From: Octopus vulgaris
Taxonomy: Eukaryota
Assembly (NCBI GenBank): GCA_951406725.2
Contig: OX597837.1
Location: 23,622,001-23,686,000 of the forward strand
Direction: 5' to 3'
Length of the DNA stretch: 64,000 nucleotides
A program made the translations under genes and the position numbers. Within the stretch, counting starts at the first letter, position 1. Each line of letters opens with the position of its first letter. The notes beneath the pieces were generated by a model. It was not told the DNA's origin, ran no database searches, and saw nothing but the letters and a program-made list of their open reading frames with translations. Below, piece by piece: positions 1-12,689 of the stretch.

Positions 1-45
1 ATGGTGATGGTGGTGTGATGGTGATGATGGTGATGATGGTGATCC

Positions 46-89
<44 letters not shown>

Positions 90-163
90 GTGGTGGTGAT
101 GATGATGATGGTGGTAGTGGTGATGATGGTGGTGGTGGTGATGATGATGATGATGATGATGAT
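1..163. repeat. (ATG/GTG)n trinucleotide microsatellite
   Basis: Direct ATG/GTG runs; explains the poly-M/V ORF. Confidence 0.95.
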
Positions 164-813
164 AACCTGGTACAATAGTAATAGCAATGAGATTTTTAAG
201 TTTTTGAAATTGCAACCATACAGTTGGTAGGCTTGTGTTTTAAAAGCAGACATCGCTCTTGCTCGAATGGATAATTCTATAGGATAAACCTATCGGTATG
301 AGAGTGAAATCAACAAGAAACAACTCCATATCTCGTTTAGATGAGGCAAGAATTATTTAAGGATCAGCCACAGCATAATTGAATTACTAAATAGTGTTAA
401 CTGTAAAGGCATTTAATCAATCAGCTTTATAAAAAAAAAAAAAGCGAAAATTTAAACAATCATTCCCCGCTATTTAGCCTCTTCTCCCCCACCCCACACT
501 GAAACTAAAACTAAATCTAGAAAATTAGAAGTGAAGAATCGAAGGTGAAATTTGAGGAATTACTTATCTTCTTAAAACTGATGAAGAAAATCCTGGAACT
601 ACATTACGACAATGGTACATCAGATTTTAAATAGTAGTTTTATTGCAAATCTTCCCGAGGATTTGTTTTTAATCTGTTTCATTGTTTTGAGTCATTCTTA
701 GATGTTGGACAAAAATTTATATTGATTTTAAGATTATTTCTTTGTAAAAGATTGTTCTATCTGAAGTTCTTCAATTACATAAAAATAAATCTTTGTTGGA
801 ATTTATATTTATT

Positions 814-1032
<219 letters not shown>

Positions 1033-1347
1033 TTTTTTCTCCTCCTTCTTATCTATTGATTCTACTAATAGACTGATCCATTTTGTGGAGATATTGTCAC
1101 AACAATGATTCTAAGTATGGTGTAAGATGAGATGCAGAAAATAACTGCAGATTTAAAGAAATAAAGTGGGAGAGGAAGAGATAAGAAGGAGAGAGACAGG
1201 CAGACGGATGTAAAGAGAGAAGGAGAACGAAAGGAAGACGCCACTTGATAAGCAAGCTGGCGCTGTTGATATCCGTAGCAGACAAGGAATGGAGTAATGT
1301 AAAGGCAAAGTGGACGATGAAGCAGTGAAGAAATGTTGTGTATGTTA

Positions 1348-1730
1348 TCATCATCATCATCATCATCATCATTTAACGTCCGTGTTCCATGCTAGCATGG
1401 GTGGGATGGTAACACAAGAGCTTTCCAGGCTGAAGCGTGCACCAGACTTTCCGTGACTGTTTTGGCAGGATTTTTACAGCTGGATGCCTTTCCTAACATC
1501 AACCACCCAGCAGAGTGGACTTAGTGCTTTATAAGTAGCACAAGCACAGGCAAGGTGAGTAGTGCTTTTTATGTGGCACAAGCACAGGCGAGGTCAGTTT
1601 TGGTAAGATTTGTCAGTTTTGTCAAGGTTTTACTGCTGGATGCCCTTCCTAACACCATCTACTTTACAATGTGGACTGGGTGCTTTTAAGTGGCACCTGC
1701 ACTGACAGGGTCACCAAATACTTGCAAGAC
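1348..1730 (-). mobile_element. Degenerate SINE-like family C copy
   Basis: (CAT)n then tttaacgtccgtgttccatgctagcatggg...ctggatgcctttcctaac, the reverse complement of the family C 3' end. Confidence 0.7.
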
Positions 1731-2330
1731 AAAAACTTTTAAGAGGAGAGGAGGCATTGGAGGAGATGGTGATGAAAAGTTTATAGTGAGACAGATACAG
1801 GTGTCTTGCTGAAGAGGAAGTACAAGGTTACCCGGCCAGAGAGAGAGAAAGATCAGGAATGAAGACAGAAACAGTTGTGCTACCACAACGAAAATACATG
1901 GTTGCCCATCCTGAGGGAACTGCAAGAGAAGGAGTGAGAGAGAGGGAGTGGGAGACCTCAGGATGAAGATGGTGGCAAGATGCCAGACATACTCACAAGG
2001 AACGGGGATCAGAGTGAAAATGAGATGGTTGAGTAAAGGATGAGAGAGATACAGATAGTGGCAAGTGCCAGGATATTGTGAAGGGAGTGCAATTATTATT
2101 TTAAATGCCAATCAGATCAAGTGGCAGCATGGGAAGAGAAGCCTTATAGGTTATAATTATTATTAAAATTATTATTATTATTACTATTAAAATTATTATT
2201 AAATTTATCAGGTAGCTTTTAAGCTAGCTCCTGTGGAGGGCTCTTCATTGGGCCTTGGACCTAACAATGACACTTCATGCATTGGGTATATATTAAATTT
2301 TATTAAACTTGACCAATATTTTTCAAGCAA

Positions 2331-2751
2331 TACTCTTTTACTCTTTACTCTTTTACTTGTTTCAGACATTTGACTGCGGCCATGCTGGAGCACCGCCTTT
2401 AATCGAGCAACTCGACCCCGGGACTTATTCTTTTGTAAGCCCAGTACTTATTCTATCGGTCTCTTTTGCCGAACCGCTAAGTGACAGGGACATAAACACA
2501 CCAGCATCGGTTGTCAAGCAATGCTCGGGGACAAACAGACACACAAACACACACACGCATACACATATATATATATACATATATACGATGGGCTTCTTTC
2601 AGTTTCCGTCTACCAAATCCACTCACAAGGCTTTGGTCGGCCCGAGGCTATAGTAGAAGACACTTACCCAAGGTGCCATGCAGTGGGACTGAACCCGGAA
2701 CCATGCAGTTGGTAGAAAAGCTACTTACCACACAGCCACTCCTGCGCCTAT
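2331..2751 (-). mobile_element. tRNA-derived SINE family A, full length
   Basis: Minus strand: head ggcgcaggagtggctgtgtggtaag...ggttccgggttcagtccc (A/B-box-like), central gtgagtggatttggtagacggaaactgaaagaagccc, internal microsatellite, tail ggtgctccagcatggccgcagtc...(gtaaaaga)n; about 11 similar copies in window. Confidence 0.9.
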
Positions 2752-2887
2752 TGATGAACAATTTTCATCAAGCAATGATGTAATTTGTCGACTTGGAACT
2801 TATTGCAAAGCTGCATGATAAACAACATTTTTTTGTCTTCCCATTCAGGGGTCAGTACAATTTTTTTTTCTATCTAACCTTTTTCTT

Positions 2888-2919
<32 letters not shown>

Positions 2920-3475
2920 TCTGTTGATTGTTTTGAACCATCATCATCACTAATACCACTGCCATCGCCACCACAACTGCCATACACACAACATTCAGAC
3001 TCTTGATGCCACCACCATCAATACCTTTGACTTCACCACCTTCCCCTCCACCACCAGATCGCTTAATTATCCCTGACTGCCCTGGCTACCACCACCATCA
3101 CCATCATCACTGTCGCCTCTGCCTCTATCACAACTACAACCCATACTATTACTATCACCCCATGACCATCACAACTGTCATTCTACTACTGCCCTCACCA
3201 TCTCTATGCCAATTATTACTCTCACCCCAACATGAAGAATAGTAGAGAGGGGATGGGTCAAACAAAGTGTGACACACTGACACACAGAAATTTGTTTTGG
3301 TATTTATTATTATAGATGTATGTATGTGTGTGTGTGTATCTTAGAGTTTGTCTTCCACCATCACTTGACAACCATTGTTGGTTTGTTTACATCTCGTTAA
3401 CTTAGTGGTTTAGCAAAAAGAGACCAATAGAATAAGTATTGGGTTTTTAAAAAAAATAAGTACTGGGGGTCAATT

Positions 3476-3700
3476 CATCATCGTCATCATCATCATCATC
3501 ATCATTTAACGTCTGTTTTCTATGCTGGCATAGGTTGGAGAGTTTAACTGAAAACTGGTAAGTCAGGGAGCTGCACCAGGTTTCAATCTGATTTGGCAAG
3601 GTTTCTACAGCTGGTGCCCTTTTTTTAATGCCAACCACTCCGAGAGTGAAGTGGGTGTTTTTTTTTTAAATGCCATCAGCATGGGTTCCATTTACCTGAC
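3476..3700 (-). mobile_element. Degenerate family C copy
   Basis: (CAT)n + tttaacgtctgttttctatgctggcat...atgccaaccactccgagagtg. Confidence 0.65.
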
Positions 3701-3789
3701 ACTAGCATCAGCCAAGATTACTGTCTCACTTGGCTTGCCAGGTCTACACAAGCATGGTATATCACCAAAGGTCTCAGTCACCTGTCACT

Positions 3790-4086
3790 ATATGTTTGTT
3801 CCTTCTCGAGCCATGCCTGGCTCATAAGGGCTGGTTTCCCGGTTTCCTTGGCATATAGGTTCCCCACCTGGATGGGACGCCGGTCCATTGCAGGTGAACT
3901 GCAAGATGCAGGAGGAAAGAGTGAGAGAAAATTGTGGTGAAAGAGTCAGCAGATGTTTGCCATTACCTTCTGCTGGAGCTGTGTGGAGCTTAGGTGTCTC
4001 GCTCATAAACACACACAACGCCCGGTCTAAGATTCGAACCCGTGAACCCTCAACCGCGAGTCCACTGGGCCATGTGCCTCCACTAT
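3790..4086 (-). mobile_element. tRNA-derived SINE family D with 12-bp TSD
   Basis: Minus head ggaggcacatggcccagtgg...ggttcgaatc; flanked by tcacctgtcact at 3778-3789 and 4087-4098. Confidence 0.85.
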
Positions 4087-4657
4087 TCACCTGTCACTGC
4101 CTCCATGAGACCCAATGCTTGAATGGTGCTTTTTATCTTTCACCAGCATGGGTGCCAGTCAGACAGCACTGGCATAGGCCATGGCTATGATTTCATTCAA
4201 CTAAAACCCTTCAAGATGGTTTCCCAGGATGGTCACAGTCCAGTGACTTAAACAAGTGAAAGATAAAAGATGAAAGATAAAAGATATATTGGTTTTGTTT
4301 CTTTACATGTGGATGAAAATTGGTTTATATTCCCATGTTTGTCTGTACATGAATGCATCTGTTTGTATTATCAATATATCTCTATCTGACAATTAGATTT
4401 ATTGCTATCCTGGAATGTTATCTTCAGTGCCTTTGGACAGTCACAAACATCCATCTACTCACAGCATCATGTTTTAATTAATTTCTCTCTTGCCAACATG
4501 CATAAAATTTTATGACTGGTAATTCAGATTTGTCTGACTCAGTCATACGGAGATCATGGCTGCATAGGATTTCAGTTGTTCCATTTCTAATTGCATAATT
4601 TGGTTATTTTTTTTATGCATAAGATGCATTGTAAAGGGTTTGAGACTTTTTCAGAAG

Positions 4658-4931
4658 CGACCCATGCCGGTGGCACGTAAAAAGCACGATCCGATCATGG
4701 CCATTTGCCAGCCTCATCTGGCACCTGTGCCGGTGGCACGTAAAAAGCACCCACTACACTCACGGAGTGGTTGGCGTTAGGAAGGACATCCAGCCGTAGA
4801 AACATTGCCAGATCAGACTGGACCTGGTGCAGCCTTCTGGCTTCCCAGACCCCAGTTGAACTGTCCAACCCATGCTAGCATGGAAAGCGGACGCTAAACG
4901 AAGATGATGATGATGATGATGATGATGATGA
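4658..4931 (+). mobile_element. Family C 3' part
   Basis: gtgccggtggcacgtaaaaagcacccactacactcacggagtggttggcgttaggaagg...catgctagcatggaaagcggacgctaaacg(atg)n. Confidence 0.85.
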
Positions 4932-4959
4932 CATTTATTAATTTCAAAGAAGTAAAAAT

Positions 4960-5500
4960 CTCTAATCCCCTTCTTTCAAAGTAAGATCCCCGAGCTTCAG
5001 GGCTCTTGTTGTAGCTCTCCAGTCACTTCACAAAGGCCCTCGTGGGTTTTCAAAATGATTGTCTCTGAGGTTCTCTTTCAGGTTAGGGAAGAAACGAAAG
5101 TCACTGGGAGCAAGGTCTGGACTGAAGATCTTTGGCATTTTGCAATGAAATCTCTTCTTGAACTCCCTCAAAACTTCCACAAAGTACCATTTCTTGATCA
5201 ACTGGTCAGAAGGAACCCAGTGGATGTTGAAGATGCCCTTGCTGTCGAAAAAGAAGCTCATCATAAGCTTTGCAAGTGGACTTGCTTTGCCTGATCTTCT
5301 TGGGTCTAGTGAGGGCCAATCTGCTTCCATTAGGCACTCTGTTTCTTGCTCTGTGGATCATAATAGCAGATCCAGCTTTCTTCACAGGTCACCAAAGTCT
5401 CAATTACTCATAGATAGGAGATAATGAGCTCAACCATCTCCCTGCTGTCACCAATGCATCTTTCCTTCTGTTCATCACTGAACACCCTGCGAACAAAGTT
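4960..5500 (-). pseudogene. Mariner transposase remnant (internally deleted)
   Basis: Minus translation shows VTCEESWI, KLMMSFFFDSKGI..HWVP, SPDLAPSDFRFFPNLKENLR and terminal GSYFE, typical of DD34D mariners. Confidence 0.85.
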
Positions 5501-5522
5501 CATACATATATATATATACTTA

Positions 5523-5564
<42 letters not shown>

Positions 5565-5577
5565 CATACATACATAC

Positions 5578-5628
<51 letters not shown>

Positions 5629-5745
5629 TAAATTAGAGATAAAACCACTATTAGGCAAATCAAACAGTGAAAATCATAAGCCAATACATAGAAATAAAAT
5701 TAATTAAAAAAATATAAAATATATATATATGTATATATATATATG

Positions 5746-5790
<45 letters not shown>

Positions 5791-5834
5791 ATATGTATGT
5801 GTATATGTGAGTGTATATATATATGTGTGTGTGT

Positions 5835-6150
5835 GGAGGCACAATAGCCCAGTGGTTAGGGTGGCGGACTTGTGGTCGTAGGATCACGGTTTCAATTCCC
5901 AGACTAGGTATTGTGAGTGTTTATGTCTTTTTTGAGTGAAAACATCTAAAGTTCCATAAGGCTCCAGCAGGGGGTGGTGGCGATCCATGCTGTACTCTTT
6001 CACCACAACTTTCTCTCACACTTCCTTCTGTTGGCCTGCTCGCTTAGCCAGCAGTGTGGCGTCATTGAAGACCAAAAACAATGTGAAGCACATTGTGACC
6101 AGAGATGTGTAGCAACATCTGATGGCCTGGTCAGTCACGCGATCACGTAA
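5835..6150 (+). mobile_element. SINE family D (tcacgtga-type tail)
   Basis: ggaggcacaatagcccagtggttagg...ggtttcaattccc head; clearly homologous to 24003-24315. Confidence 0.85.
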
Positions 6151-6156
6151 TATATA

Positions 6157-7037
6157 TCATCATCATCACCATCATCATCGTTTAACGTCCATTTCCCATG
6201 CTAGCATGGGTTGGACAGTTCGACCGGGGTCTGGGAAGACAGGAAGCTGCACCAGGCTCCAGTCTGATCTGGCAGTATTCCTACAGCTAGATGCCCTTCC
6301 TAATGCCAACCACTCCATGAGTGTAGTGGGTGGTTTTTACGTACCACCGGCACAGGTGCCAGAGGAGGCTGGCTACGGCCACGATCGGTTGGTGCTTTTT
6401 ACTTGCCACCGGCACGGAAGCCAGTCAAGGTGGTGCTGGCATCGACCACATATGGATGGTGCTTTTTACGTGCCAGGGTAGGCTGGCAATGGCCATGATC
6501 GGTTGGTGCTTTTTACTTGCCACCGGCACGGAAGCCAGTCAAGGTGGTGCTGGCATCGACCACGTATGGATGGTGCTTTTTACGTGCCACCGGCACAGGT
6601 GCCAGGGTAGGCTGGCTACGGTCACTATCGGTTGGTGCTTTTTACTTGCCACCGGCACGGAAGCCAGTCAAGGTGGTGCTGGCATCGACCACGTATGGAT
6701 GGTGCTTTTTACGTGCCAGGGTAGGCTGGCAATGGCCATGATCGGTTGGTGCTTTTTACTTGCCACCGGCACGGAAGCCAGTCAAGGTGGTGCTGGCATC
6801 GACCACGTATGGATGGTGCTTTTTACGTGCCACCGGCACAGGTGCCAGGGTAGGCTGGCTACGGCCATGATCGGTTGGTGCTTTTTACTTGCCACCGGCA
6901 CGGAAGCCAGTCAAGGTGGTGCTGGCATCGACCACATATGGATGTTGCTTTTTACGTGCCACCGGCACAGGTGCCAGGGTAGGCTGGCAACGGCCACGAT
7001 CGGTTGGTGCTTTTTGTGTGCCACCGGCACGGAAGCC
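6157..7037 (-). mobile_element. Family C copy with internal tandem expansion
   Basis: Family C 3' end followed by about five repeats of a ~115-130 bp composite module (gccaccggcacggaagccagtcaaggtggtgctggcatcgaccac...). Confidence 0.85.
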
Positions 7038-7071
7038 ATACACACACACACATGTGTGAGTGTATGTATTA

Positions 7072-7322
7072 AATGAACAAAAAATTGGAATGCAAATTAT
7101 TGATATTTCAGGTATTTCATTAAGTACATTTCAATCGTCAATAATGAAATCGATTGCAGATCATTTCATCAGATGAGAACAATAATATAGAAACTATTCG
7201 ATATTATTGTTGTCATCTAATAAAAGGATTTGTAATCAATTTGAATATTAATTATTGAAATGTACATAATGAAATATCTGAAATATCAATAATTTGCTTT
7301 CTGCATTTTTTTTGTTCATTTC
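7072..7322. repeat. Imperfect fold-back (inverted repeat)
   Basis: aaatgaacaaaaaa...gcaaattattgatatttcag vs ctgaaatatcaataatttgc...ttttttgttcattt. Confidence 0.8.
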
Positions 7323-8315
7323 AACTATATAAGGCTCTTGTTACTATGTTATAGCCCAAGTGTGTATTGATACGGTACTGACTGCATTATGCTAGTATGG
7401 GAGACTGATGCGGCAGAAAAATCGAACCCTAATTTTTGATGGTAACTTTTGCACATAACGTGCATCGATAAAAACGTTATGCATATGGTGCAGGCATGGC
7501 TGTGTGGTAATAAGCTTACTTCGCAACTACATGGTTTCGAGTTCAGTCCCACTGTGTGGTACCTTCAGCAAGTGTCTTCTATTATAGTCTCAGGCCAAGT
7601 GGATTTGGTAGATGGTAGATTGGTAGATTTGGTAGATGGGAACTGAAAGAAGTCCATTGTATATAAATGTGTGTGTGTGTGAGTGTGTATCTGCAGCTAG
7701 ATGCCCTTCCTAATGCCAACCACTCCATGAGTGTAGTGGGTGGTTTTTACGTACCACCGGCACAGGTGCCACAGGAGGCTGGCTACGGCCACAATCGGTT
7801 GGTGCTTTTTACTTGCCACCAGCACAGAAGCCAGTCAAGGTGGTGCTGGCATCGACCATGTATGGATGGTGCATTTTACTTGCCACTGTGTGGTACCTTC
7901 AGCAAGTGTCTTCTATTATAGTCTCAGGCCAAGTGGATTTGGTAGATGGTAGATTTGGTAGATTTGGTAGATGGGAACTGAAAGAAGTCCATTGTATATA
8001 ATGTGTGTGTGTGTATGTGTGTGTGTGAGTGTGTATCTGTGTGTGTGTTTGTCCACCCATCACCAATTGAAAACTGGTGTTGGTGTGTTTATGTCACTGT
8101 AACTTAGGGGCTCAGCATAGGAGACCAATAGAATAAGTACTAGACTTAAGAAATAAATCCTGGGGTGAGAGGTTCGATTTGTTCAACTGAAACCCTTCAA
8201 GGCAGTGCTCCAGCATGGCTGCTGTCAAATGAGTGAAATAAGTAAAAGAATAAAAGAAAAGAATATGTGCATATATATACATATATAACTATATGTGTAT
8301 ATATGCATATGTGTA

Positions 8316-8731
8316 TACTCTTTACTCTTACTCTTTTACTTGTTTCAGTCATTTGACTGCGGCCATGCTGGAGCACCGCCTTTAGTCGAGCAAATCGACC
8401 CCGGGACTTATTCTTTGTAAGCCCAGTACTTATTCTATCGGTCTGTTTTGCCGAACCGCTAAGTAACGGGGACGTAAACACACCAGCATCGGTTGTCAAG
8501 CAATGCTAGGGGGACAAACACAGACACACAAACATATACACACACATATATATGTATACATATATACGACAGGCTTCTTTCAGTTTCCGTCTACCAAATC
8601 CACTCACAAGGCATTGGTCGGCCCGGGGCTATAGCAGAAGACACTTGCCCAAGGTGCCACGCAGTAGGACTGAACCCGGAACCATGTGGTTGGTTAGCAA
8701 GCTACTTACCACACAGCCACTCCTGCGCCTA
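8316..8731 (-). mobile_element. SINE family A, full length
   Basis: Near-identical to 2331-2751. Confidence 0.9.
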
Positions 8732-9089
8732 TATGCACATTTCATCATCATCATCATCATCATCATTGTTTAATGTCTGTTTTCCATAATGGGATGGGTT
8801 GGACAAGTTGATAGGAGCTGGCAAGCCAGAAGGCTACGCCAAGCTCTGCTGTCTGCTTTGGCATGGTTTCTATAGATTGGATGCTCTTCCTAGCACCAGC
8901 CACTTTACAGAGTATACTAGGTGCTTTTTGACATGATACCAGCACCACCAGTGAGGTGGCCAAGTAGTTTGTGAGACAAGACCATCTCAACTGAGATGGG
9001 GGAGTAGTATTAAGGGACGTGGTTTTGTGCCTGGTGATGAGAGGTTAGAGTATGACAAAGAGACACAAACAAGTGTCTTGTAGTAGAGG

Positions 9090-9136
<47 letters not shown>

Positions 9137-9137
<1 letters not shown>

Positions 9138-9256
9138 TGGCCTGCTCGCTTAGCCAGCAGGGTGGCGTCATTCAAAGGCTAAAACAATGCGAACGCATTG
9201 TGACCAGCGATGTGTAACAACATCTGATGGTCTGGTCGGTCACATGATCACGTGAT
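9137..9256 (+). mobile_element. Family D 3' tail (5'-truncated) within (TA)n
   Basis: ttggcctgctcgcttagccagc...ggtcggtcacatgatcacgtga. Confidence 0.75.
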
Positions 9257-9272
9257 ATATATATATATATAT

Positions 9273-9676
9273 GGCGCAGGAGTGGCTGTGTGGTAAGTAG
9301 CTTGTTTACCAACCACATGGTTCCGGGTTCAGTCCCACTGCGTGGCACGTTGGGCAAGTGTCTTCTACTATAGCCTCGGGCTGACCAAAGCAATGTGAGT
9401 GGATTTGGTAGACAGAAACTGAAAGAAGCCCATCGTATATATGTATATATACATACATGCGTGTGTGTGTGTGTGTGTTTGTGTTTGTCCCCCTAGCATT
9501 GCTTGACAACCAATGCTGGTGCGTTTATCGGTTGGACGATTTGACTGAGGGCTGGCAAACCAGATGGCTGCACCAGGCTCCAATCTTGATCTGGCAGAGT
9601 TTCTTCAGCTGGATGTCCTTCCTAACGCCAACCACTCCAAGAGTGTGGTGGGTGCTTTTACGTGCCACCGGCACGG
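9273..9676. mobile_element. Family A (+, 3'-truncated) fused to an inverted family C fragment
   Basis: A head and body to ~9527, then ggttggacg...ctggatgtccttcctaacgccaaccactcc. Confidence 0.75.
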
Positions 9677-10127
9677 TTACACACACACACACAGGTGTTT
9701 CTTTCTTTGTACCTGACACCACTGCTTAACAATTGATGTTGGAGTGTTTACATCCCCATAACTTAGCAGTTTGGCATGAGAGACCAACAGAATAAATACC
9801 AGGCTTACAAAGAATAAGTCCTAGGGTTGATTTGTTCGGCTAAAACTCCTTAAGTATGGCCACAGTTACATGACTGAAATAAGTAAAAGAAGACCGAACC
9901 TTATATCATATTTTCCCCTTATGAACAGTACCTTAAGGCTGGTTATCTATAGGAGTTCCTTTCTTGGTCTGAACAATTTTCCAACTCTTCAGAAACAGAA
10001 ATCAATTCTATGTTCTTTAACTCGAAAATAAATTGTTAAAGACTGTTTTAGAAGGAAACAATTATATATCGGAAATGGAGTCCCTATATTACCAACAAAC
10101 ATTCTCGAAACACAATTTAATCTAAGC

Positions 10128-10462
10128 CAGTGGTTCTCAATAAGAATCCCTATGACCCCCTAGGGTCTATATAAGATTTTGGGAGCCCACACAAGCAAAA
10201 TAGTAATTTGGTGATCCACTGTAGTATTTTAAGGGTCCCTGAAAAATATTTTGATTTTGATCTATTTTTTGTAAGAAACAGATTTCTTTCTCTAATATTT
10301 AACATAGTTCAGCCTACGCAAGTTAGTGTGTGACAAGCAAAATAAGAGTTTTGAAAGAAACATCTATAAAATTAGTTTCTAAACTTCGAGTGCTGATGGG
10401 GGTCCAGTAAACTAAAATAGTAATCAAAAGGTCCATAGGTAAAAAATGGTTGAGAATCACAG
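10128..10462. mobile_element. hAT-type MITE
   Basis: TIRs cagtggttctcaa / ttgagaatcacag; degenerate 8-bp TSD atctaagc / acctaaac. Confidence 0.7.
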
Positions 10463-10544
10463 ACCTAAACCAATCTAAGACGATTTTCGTGAATAGTGCT
10501 TTTATTAGTTTAATATTTTATCACTGTTAGGTATCAGATTTATA

Positions 10545-10657
10545 TTGATTAAATAAGTACCAGTTACGCACTGGGGTCGATATAATCGACTTAATCCGTT
10601 TGTCTGTCTTTGTTTGTCCACTCTGTGTTTAGCCCCTTGTGGGTAGTAAAGAAATAG
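10545..10657 (+). mobile_element. 5'-truncated SINE family B with 17-bp TSD
   Basis: aagtaccagttacgcactggggtcga...agccccttgtgggtagtaaagaaa flanked by taggtatcagatttata (10528-10544, 10655-10671). Confidence 0.85.
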
Positions 10658-11777
10658 GTATCAGATTTATAGTTATACACTTGTTGAACCCATTAAAACC
10701 ACACTTAGTGTCAATCATAATACTCTTTGGAAAATGTATGTCCACTACGCAATATCCCTTTCCCCACAATCTCCGCATAAAAGTGAAGTTTCAAGCCGTT
10801 ATCAAGTGATATATATGCACACACACACACACACACATTTTTAGACTAAGAGAAGGCCGAACCCGCAAGACAGTTATACAATGGGTACCAAGAGAGGGAC
10901 AAAGAAAGAGAGAGAAAAACCCAAGAAGACCTTGTGCATCACATTTCAAGGCCGGGAGCAACTTAGCATCAGCCTGGCAAGATGCAGGCGACTACGCTCA
11001 AAACTGGTGTTAATTGCAGATGTCTTGCTGACCAACATACAAGCCAACTAAGACTAAGACACACACGTGTATAGTTCTACAGCGCATTACTTCCGCATGG
11101 AAATATTTTTAATGAACGTGCGTCTAGTTTAATATTCTCATTGATTTATTGACTCTTTAAAATATCTATTTGCACAAAAACACCCCCAGAAATATAGAAA
11201 TAAACTGAAACAACAAATAAACGACAAAATCACTATTTGTTGTGAAGAAAGCCTTCTATAGCAGACGAGTTCCGCTGGAGGTCTGTTATAAACAGGGACC
11301 TGTTACACTCCCAACACCGCCTTATTCCGTCTCATAACAACTTTTCTTCGCCAATTATTGTCACGTTTATTATTATTATTATTGCATTTTGCTTCAGATT
11401 CATTTTCTTTTAAATTAATTCACTTGCCACTGTTGTTGAAAGTAACCAAACGACTCATAACGCTTCAATATACGTAAGTACATAAATATTTCGATGGGTT
11501 TCGTTTGCTATCGATTGCTTCGACATTCGTCTTCTCTGTAGGTTGTTGCAGGTGGCCTGCACACGTGCACGTTTGGTTGAGTGCATTTGCATGTATGCAG
11601 GTGTTGTGTGCGTGTATGTATGCATGTTTGTATGAGTATTTATATGTGTGTGTGTGTATATATATTTGTATGTATGTATTAGTAAACAAAATTTAGTAAT
11701 GTGTTGAAAGCATGGAGAGAGAGAAAGAGAGAGGGAGAGAGATTGTCCTTCGATAACATCATGTTAATTGATATATA

Positions 11778-11908
11778 CAGGGTGTCCCCAAAAAATGTAT
11801 ACACACCTCAAATAATTGTAAATTTGTTATTCTTTGTAAGCCTAGTACTTATTCTATCGTTCTCTTTTGCCGAACCGCTATGTGTATACATTTTTTTGGG
11901 ACACCCTG
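11778..11908. mobile_element. Tc1/mariner-type MITE
   Basis: TIR cagggtgtccccaaaaaatgtatacaca / tgtgtatacatttttttgggacaccctg, TA on both sides. Confidence 0.85.
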
Positions 11909-12689
11909 TATATATATAGTTTGCTTTCTCGGTTCAAATTCTGCCGAGGCTGACTTTGCCTTTCATCTTTTCTGGGTCGATAAAATAAATACCTGTGAAA
12001 CATTGAGCCCGATGTAATCTATTTATCCCCTCGCCTAAAATTGCGGGTCTTGCGGCAATAATTCGAAACCAATTAATACAAGCACTTGGCGGACAGCGTG
12101 CTTAAAGCAGAATTCAGCCAAGCACTTCAGAATGGAGGGAATTTTGAAAAAATAAATAACGCACTTCCCGATTTTGGTTTTATACTTTTTGTCTTGTTCC
12201 AATATTCACAAGAAAATCGAAACACGAAGGAAAATTTAATGTTTACAAATCGTTTTTTGAAAGTTAAAACCTTATTTACGAAAGAAAAAAAAACACAGGC
12301 CGGACTCTCATAAAATAAAGATTTTAGTTGTTTTATTTCTTACATTTATTCTTTTAAAAAAATTATTTAAAAATCATTGTTCTATCATGTTTTAATTTCT
12401 TTTTCATCTTCAAAAATTATATTATTTACGATTTTCGACATGTTAACATAATTGCAATCAGAGTTAACTCCCTTGAAACAAGCTTTTTTAATTCATTTTT
12501 CTTGTCAATTTATTTATTCACTACTGTTTGTTGGTACAACTATGATACAGTACAGCTACTGTGTTGGTAACTACCACATCTATGTTGGTAGTTACAGCTA
12601 AGCAAGACATACTACAGCTATGGTACTGGTAGCTACATTGCAGTTATATTTGTTAATATAATGTGATGTCAACTACATCAAGGTTCTAT

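Noticed and set aside
6330-7076. 248-aa repetitive ORF
   Set aside because: Read-through of tandem family C modules with no protein-like features or gene context.
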